Assembly: GCA_964619365.1 (NCBI GenBank)
Contig: CAZUDQ010000002.1
Span: 68,715-132,714 of the forward strand
From: an uncultured archaeon
GTDB taxonomy: Archaea > Altiarchaeota > Altiarchaeia > JAFGQM01
Length of the DNA stretch: 64,000 nt
Reading direction: 5' to 3'
Positions 59,326 to 64,000 of this stretch are shown piece after piece. Position numbers and translations under genes: made by a program. The notes under the pieces are model-generated. The model had not been told where the DNA came from and ran no database searches. It worked only from the letters and a program-made list of their open reading frames with translations. How positions within the stretch are numbered: the first letter of the stretch is position 1; every line of letters starts with the position of its first letter.

Positions 59326-60134
59326 TTTTTGGTCTCCAAAGGCGTACATATTAGTTTCAATTCTTCAACTTGGTTGCCGTTCCTGACTTCCTCACGTACG
59401 TCCAACATGTAATTATTTATCCAAGAGAGGTAATTTGCAATCCCTTTTTCTCTAATTGAGGTATAAATTATTTTACTCAGTCCTCCATTCTTCATAACAA
59501 GTCGCTTATCTGTGTCTAGAGCAAGTATTGGGTCATGCGTCACCAAGAAAACTATTTTCCCTTTCTCGACAAGAAGCTCGAGCGCTTCCTTAATATGTAT
59601 TCCAGCATTCTCTATTTCATCAATCAGTATAATCGGTGATTCGCTGACGTAGGCAAGGTCTGCGACCATTAAGGCTCTTGATTGCCCACCTGAGAGAGCT
59701 AACAGGTTCATTGAGCCCTTGATTTTTTCGCCAGTTACAGTATTTGCATCCTCAAGTATTCTACTAATCAGCTTTTCAGTCTCAGCGTTAGTTCGGTGCT
59801 TGCCCCTAGTCTTTATATGTGTTTTCAGGAAGTTGTGTACGCTGTCATCTGTCATAAAATTCATGTGCTGGGTAAGGTAACCGATTATTTTTTTGGTTGA
59901 ATCAAGCTTAATCTCCTGTGCCGCAGGCTTATCGTTTATGAGAATTTTCCTTTTAGTTTTAGTTTCACCCTGAGAAAGTTTCTCAATGTCATAAAGCAAT
60001 TGGCTTTTGCCAGAACCTGTTGGACCGACTACCCCAATTTTCTGACCGACAAGTATCTCTACTTTGTTGAAGGTCTCTTTTACACCCTCCTTATTATTAC
60101 CTGCGAAAATTGTAACCTTTTTTATAGATTCCAT
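59322..60134 (-). CDS. Stand-alone ABC-type ATPase
   Basis: GPTGSGKS, LSGGQSRALM, IDEIENAGI, VTHDP. Confidence 0.88.
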   Translation of the reverse strand: MESIKKVTIFAGNNKEGVKETFNKVEILVGQKIGVVGPTGSGKSQLLYDIEKLSQGETKTKRKILINDKPAAQEIKLDSTKKIIGYLTQHMNFMTDDSVHNFLKTHIKTRGKHRTNAETEKLISRILEDANTVTGEKIKGSMNLLALSGGQSRALMVADLAYVSESPIILIDEIENAGIHIKEALELLVEKGKIVFLVTHDPILALDTDKRLVMKNGGLSKIIYTSIREKGIANYLSWINNYMLDVREEVRNGNQVEELKLICTPLETKK

Positions 60135-60151
60135 GAGTGTATTATCCCAAA

Positions 60152-60562
60152 TTATTCCTCAGTATGTATATTTTTGCTTAACCACGCCCTAACATTCGAT
60201 TCTGGGAGTGCTCCTATGAACTCGTCAACGACTTTCCCATCCTTGAACATCTTTACAGAGGGTATGCTCATAATCCCATATTTTTGGCTTACTACCTGAC
60301 CCTCATCGACATTCAACTTCGCCAGGATAAATTTCCCTTTGTACTCATCCGCAAGATTTTCTAAGGTGGGTCCAAGCCTCAAACAAGGTGCGCACCATGT
60401 CGCCCAGAAGTCAACGACCACGGGAACCTTCTCTGACTGCCTGATTACGTTCTCATCAAAATCATTATCCTTAACCTCAATTTTCGTTTCCATTTTTTCT
60501 CTGTTGAACCTTTCAGCCAATTCATTTAGCTTCTTTTTCCTAATCTCTTCAAGTTCGTCCAT
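60152..60562 (-). CDS. trxA: Thioredoxin
   Basis: VDFWATWCAPC, SIPSV; N-terminal DELEEIRKKK extension. Confidence 0.92.
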   Translation of the reverse strand: MDELEEIRKKKLNELAERFNREKMETKIEVKDNDFDENVIRQSEKVPVVVDFWATWCAPCLRLGPTLENLADEYKGKFILAKLNVDEGQVVSQKYGIMSIPSVKMFKDGKVVDEFIGALPESNVRAWLSKNIHTEE

Positions 60563-60572
60563 AGTATCGTTT

Positions 60573-60608
60573 GTGACCAAAAGAATCACTAGTGGCTAAG
60601 TTTATCAC
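60573..60608. promoter_or_regulatory. Tandem GTG-N11-CAC sites upstream of the redox operon
   Basis: GTGACCAAAAGAATCAC (60573-60589) and GTGGCTAAGTTTATCAC (60592-60608). Confidence 0.45.
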
Positions 60609-60793
60609 TACTAATATAAAAAGCTTTATGGAGTCGTGATTTTGTATTAGCAAAAAATCACTAATGCCCATATATACCTTATAGTATCCGATATACTACC
60701 AAAAATAGATATCCAAGACTATTGGATCTTGGTATCTAAGATACAAAGTCCGTGATTCTCGCCTGGTTGATGCTGAATTTTAGAATAAGTAAG

Positions 60794-60886
60794 GACAGAC
60801 CCGCTGGGACGCTGAAGTGGATGTTTCTTCAATACCAATGACCTTAGCGTAGGTGGGAACGCTAATGCTAACATAATGAAAAACTA
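60794..60886. repeat. Degenerate tRNA-Arg 3' duplicate plus ~80-bp hairpin element
   Basis: 13/16 match to the tRNA end; stem ACGCTGAAGT / ACCTTAGCGT with a 22-nt loop. Confidence 0.85.
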
Positions 60887-60888
60887 GG

Positions 60889-60962
60889 CGGACCCGCCGG
60901 GATTCGAACCCGGGTCACAGGATCCGAAGTCCTGTAGTATGTCCTGGCTAACCTACGGGCCC
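60889..60962 (-). tRNA. tRNA-Arg(TCG)
   Basis: GGGCCCG/CGGGTCC acceptor stem, CAGGA-CTTCGGA-TCCTG anticodon arm, GGTTCGAATCC. Confidence 0.94.
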
Positions 60963-61144
60963 AAGAAAAATTTTGAGCGATTAGTTTTGAAGTAAAAGTA
61001 ATAAAACCCCCCACTAAAGAGATTTATCCCTAAGTATAGTATGGTGACCAGAATTTAGTTATATACGATAGTAAACCCATTTATATAAGATAGCATTTAA
61101 TAATAGCATTAAAGAATCCCCACCCAATCTTTAAAACAAATACA

Positions 61145-64000
61145 ATGGATATGCAGCAATCTGGCTTTGATAAGAACAAAGGTCTGAAGACAAGTTTTTT
61201 CTTTATCCTAAGTTTTTTAGTCCTTATTGGCTTAGCGTCAGCTACGGATATTGACAGCTGCGCAGAACTTGAAGGAATGTCTATTGGCGGAGACTACGTT
61301 CTTACTGCAGACATCAACTGTTCAGGGTACGGGGACTTTGATCCCATAGGTGGCGAGTCGACTCCGTTTACGGGCACCTTTGATGGGTCAGGTTATACTA
61401 TAACAGGTCTCACAGAAGATTTAGGTGTGGGCGAGTGTGGGGGACTTTTTGCAACCACCAACGGAGCCGTTTTAACAAATGTCAGTTTAGTTGATGTAGA
61501 TATAACAGGAGGTTCCTACTTAGGCAGCCTTGGAGGGGAGATATGGGATTCAAATGTGTCATTCATACACGTTTCAGGTTTGGTTAACGGAGAATCGAAT
61601 CTAGGGGGTATGGCAGGAAGGGCAGGTGGTACCTCTACTATATCTAATTGTTCTGCGGATTGTAATGTTACGGGTACTAAAGGACACCTGGGAGGTCTTA
61701 TTGGGCGTATGGATGCTGATCATACTATCCTTATAGGTCTTTATGACTCTTATGCCACAGGAGATGTGAGTGGAACAAATAGCGGAGTTGACAATGGTAT
61801 AGGGGGTCTTATTGGTAAGTATACTATGGGGACGGTGAGTAATTGTTATGCCGCTGGAGATGTTACAGGAAACTCTAGTGGTTATAGCCCTAATGATATC
61901 GGCGGTCTGATTGGTACGATGGGGCTGGGTAGCTCAAGTGGTCAACAGTCGATTATCATTAACCGATCTTTTTCAACAGGTTTTGTTGACTGTGATGGCT
62001 ATGATTGCGGAGGCCTTGTAGGTAATCTGACTAATGGGTGGATTATAGACTCATATTGGGTAGATCATGTTGGTGATGACCCGACAGATTGTTATTATGG
62101 TGGCAATGAAAACTGCACGGCAAAGACAAGTGCCTCATGGTTCTACGATTATTCAAACGATCCCATTTCTTACTGGGATTTCCCACCATGGAGTACTACA
62201 TATGAGGATTACTCCTATCCTATTCTTGCAGATGAGGGCCCAATATGTAATAGTCTCGACCCACCGTCACCTTATGCGTGTACCAATGTGAATGTCACTT
62301 ATGCTGGTGATGCGACAATCGGGGTTGCGGCCACCTACGAAAACTCAGAGATTCATGCACATAGTATTACTATCAGGTCCGGAGGAAACGTCACTTATGA
62401 TAATGTGACACTATATGTCGATTCATTTACTGCTGAAGCCGGTGGACAGGCAAGGTTTGTCAATGGAACCCACACCATTTGGATAAATGGTGATGTGACT
62501 GTTGCTGGAACTTTGACTTGGGAAAATGAGACAGTACGTATGAATTGTTCAGATGACGATGATTATTCAATTATCGTGCAGGCGGCAGGTGACCTTAATA
62601 TAATTAACACTACAGTTACAAATGGTGAAACTTCAAATGCAGGCTACCATTTTGAAGTGGCAGGCGATTTAATCATAGCCGATTCTGATATACAAAAGCT
62701 TACATCAACTGCTCTTGATCTTAACGCGGGCGGTTCCTTAACAATTGGAGATACTAATTTCACACAGCCTGATTCCAGTGGGAGCTGGTCGGTTGATGCG
62801 GGCGCAGATGTGTCGTTAACAGGCAACATCAGCACCGAACTGACTCTTTTTAAAGTTTCTGCCGACGGCGTCACAATAGATGGTAACGGATATGGCATAA
62901 TAGGTGACAGTATTTCTGATGACTATGGCATGTATGTGCAAGGTAGGGTTGGAGTCACAATCATAGATTTTGGCAGCGTGTCGCACTTCGCATCAGGAGT
63001 CTACCTTTCTTCTACTAGCGGTTCGACTATCGAGAATGTAAGTATAAGTGATAATAGCAACGACGGCATAATAATCCAGTCTAGCTCCGGTAACACCATA
63101 GAAAACAACTCTATAACAGCATGCGTGCGAAACGGTATCACATTCTCAGGAACTTCAACTGGCAACATTATATTTAACACTGATATCTATGCCAACACCA
63201 ACAAGCAGATTGACGACACGGCCTCTGGAACCAATTACTTAATATACAATAATTCAGAGGGTGAAATCAAGTGGACAAATGCATTATTCTTAACTGATAT
63301 TGATGTATCTGCTTCCGATAACCTGATTTTTGGACAGACAGTCAATATATCACACAATCTTGTCGCTGTAAGTGACGCTTTTGTGACAACGGGTCTAAAG
63401 AGTGAGGCTAATGTCACCTTATATAACTCGCCTTCCTCAGGGATGTCAAACCCAGTTATTGCAAGAAACATTTATTCACTATGTAACGATTTGACCTCAC
63501 CCGCGTGTACTCTACATAGTTCTCTTTCAGCTGCTACTGTGGAATTTGACGTCAGCGCCTGGAGCAACTATAGTATAAGTGATGCCAACCTTAGTGCGAT
63601 TAAAATCAACCAGACAGTGTATCTTGCTTCACAAGGTGGTGTTGTAACATTCCTCTTAAATATCACAAATGTTGGCAACGTAACTCTTGGCGATATAGTG
63701 CTCCTGGATGAGTTGCCCGATGGCGTGACCTATAGTGGTGCCAATGTTACGCCGAGTGCCATTGCCGGGGCGAATGTAACCTGGAATCTAGGTTCTATAG
63801 ACAAGGATGACTCCTTCCTAATTATTCTTAATGTGACTGTAGACAATTACCCCGATGAATGTGACTCGTTAACTAATGACATAACGGTTTCTGCAGTCCT
63901 AAACAGCACTGCAAATGTAAGTTTCATTGATTCAGAGACATTTGAAGTATGTGAGGCAAATGTCACTTCAGTTAAAGCTGATATCACCGCATACACAGCG
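61145..64000 (+). CDS. Large secreted adhesin-like protein (GLUG-type repeats, beta-helix, DUF11-like); runs off the window
   Basis: Partial manual translation: signal peptide, YVLTADI...FTGTFDGSGYTI, repeated GGLIG...SYATGDV, NosD-like repeats, VTFLLNITNVGN...DELPDG; absent from the ORF track because no stop lies in the window. Confidence 0.85.
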   Translation, partial: MDMQQSGFDKNKGLKTSFFFILSFLVLIGLASATDIDSCAELEGMSIGGDYVLTADINCSGYGDFDPIGGESTPFTGTFDGSGYTITGLTEDLGVGECGGLFATTNGAVLTNVSLVDVDITGGSYLGSLGGEIWDSNVSFIHVSGLVNGESNLGGMAGRAGGTSTISNCSADCNVTGTKGHLGGLIGRMDADHTILIGLYDSYATGDVSGTNSGVDNGIGGLIGKYTMGTVSNCYAAGDVTGNSSGYSPNDIGGLIGTMGLGSSSGQQSIIINRSFSTGFVDCDGYDCGGLVGNLTNGWIIDSYWVDHVGDDPTDCYYGGNENCTAKTSASWFYDYSNDPISYWDFPPWSTTYEDYSYPILADEGPICNSLDPPSPYACTNVNVTYAGDATIGVAATYENSEIHAHSITIRSGGNVTYDNVTLYVDSFTAEAGGQARFVNGTHTIWINGDVTVAGTLTWENETVRMNCSDDDDYSIIVQAAGDLNIINTTVTNGETSNAGYHFEVAGDLIIADSDIQKLTSTALDLNAGGSLTIGDTNFTQPDSSGSWSVDAGADVSLTGNISTELTLFKVSADGVTIDGNGYGIIGDSISDDYGMYVQGRVGVTIIDFGSVSHFASGVYLSSTSGSTIENVSISDNSNDGIIIQSSSGNTIENNSITACVRNGITFSGTSTGNIIFNTDIYANTNKQIDDTASGTNYLIYNNSEGEIKWTNALFLTDIDVSASDNLIFGQTVNISHNLVAVSDAFVTTGLKSEANVTLYNSPSSGMSNPVIARNIYSLCNDLTSPACTLHSSLSAATVEFDVSAWSNYSISDANLSAIKINQTVYLASQGGVVTFLLNITNVGNVTLGDIVLLDELPDGVTYSGANVTPSAIAGANVTWNLGSIDKDDSFLIILNVTVDNYPDECDSLTNDITVSAVLNSTANVSFIDSETFEVCEANVTSVKADITAYTA

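Larger units (their letters stand above)
55952..60841. mobile_element. 4.9-kb tRNA-Arg-linked genomic islet without integrase
   Basis: Single operon bracketed by 47-bp direct repeats containing the tRNA 3' end. Confidence 0.7.

Noticed and set aside
56045-60562. Selenocysteine recoding in the redox operon
   Set aside because: All redox motifs use Cys; no in-frame TGA at catalytic positions and no SECIS recognised
34558-60809. Split (trans-spliced) tRNA halves
   Set aside because: The fragments are only ~16 nt, start in the T-loop, lack complementary leaders and sit downstream of intact genes
60809-60850. C/D box or K-turn sRNA (GGA...AUGA)
   Set aside because: No RUGAUGA/CUGA pair is conserved in both copies, and the bulge register would be non-canonical; left as a possibility only
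62067-63471. Three short ORFs listed in the track
   Set aside because: They lie within the long + strand adhesin frame starting at 61145

Overview
The window is archaeal chromosomal DNA. Elp3, an MTQ2/HemK2 methyltransferase, a KaiC/RAD55 ATPase, a geranylgeranyl-reductase-like protein, an intron-containing tRNA-Tyr and tRNAs without a full encoded CCA all point that way. Gene content and style suggest a DPANN lineage (inference). It carries housekeeping and metabolic genes (aroC, gdhA, a GT3 glycogen synthase with GalT, GMP synthase ATPPase subunit, glucosyl/mannosyl-phosphoglycerate synthesis), metal uptake (NikR-type regulator with znuABC; DtxR with feo), a RelE toxin-antitoxin pair, two membrane-anchored serpins and several large Cys/Asp-rich surface proteins. 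No CRISPR array, rRNA, integrase or transposase is visible. The most striking unexplained structure is at the tRNAs. All three tRNA loci (Tyr, Gly, Arg) are followed by a duplicate of their last ~16 nt. At tRNA-Gly and tRNA-Arg that duplicate is preceded by the same ~80-bp element: a 10-bp covarying stem with a 22-nt GGA...AATG loop, plus AGGTG/TGCTAA/GAAAAA motifs. Cargo genes (a surface protein, a 4.8-kb thioredoxin/FTR/GTPase operon, guaA) sit between partial duplications of these sites, which suggests a tRNA-anchored gene-capture platform. Other candidates are an AT-rich KaiC-membrane-roadblock-FIST-GGR-methyltransferase module, a structured micro-ORF cluster, and a set of orphan proteins with Lys/Arg/Pro-rich N-termini.
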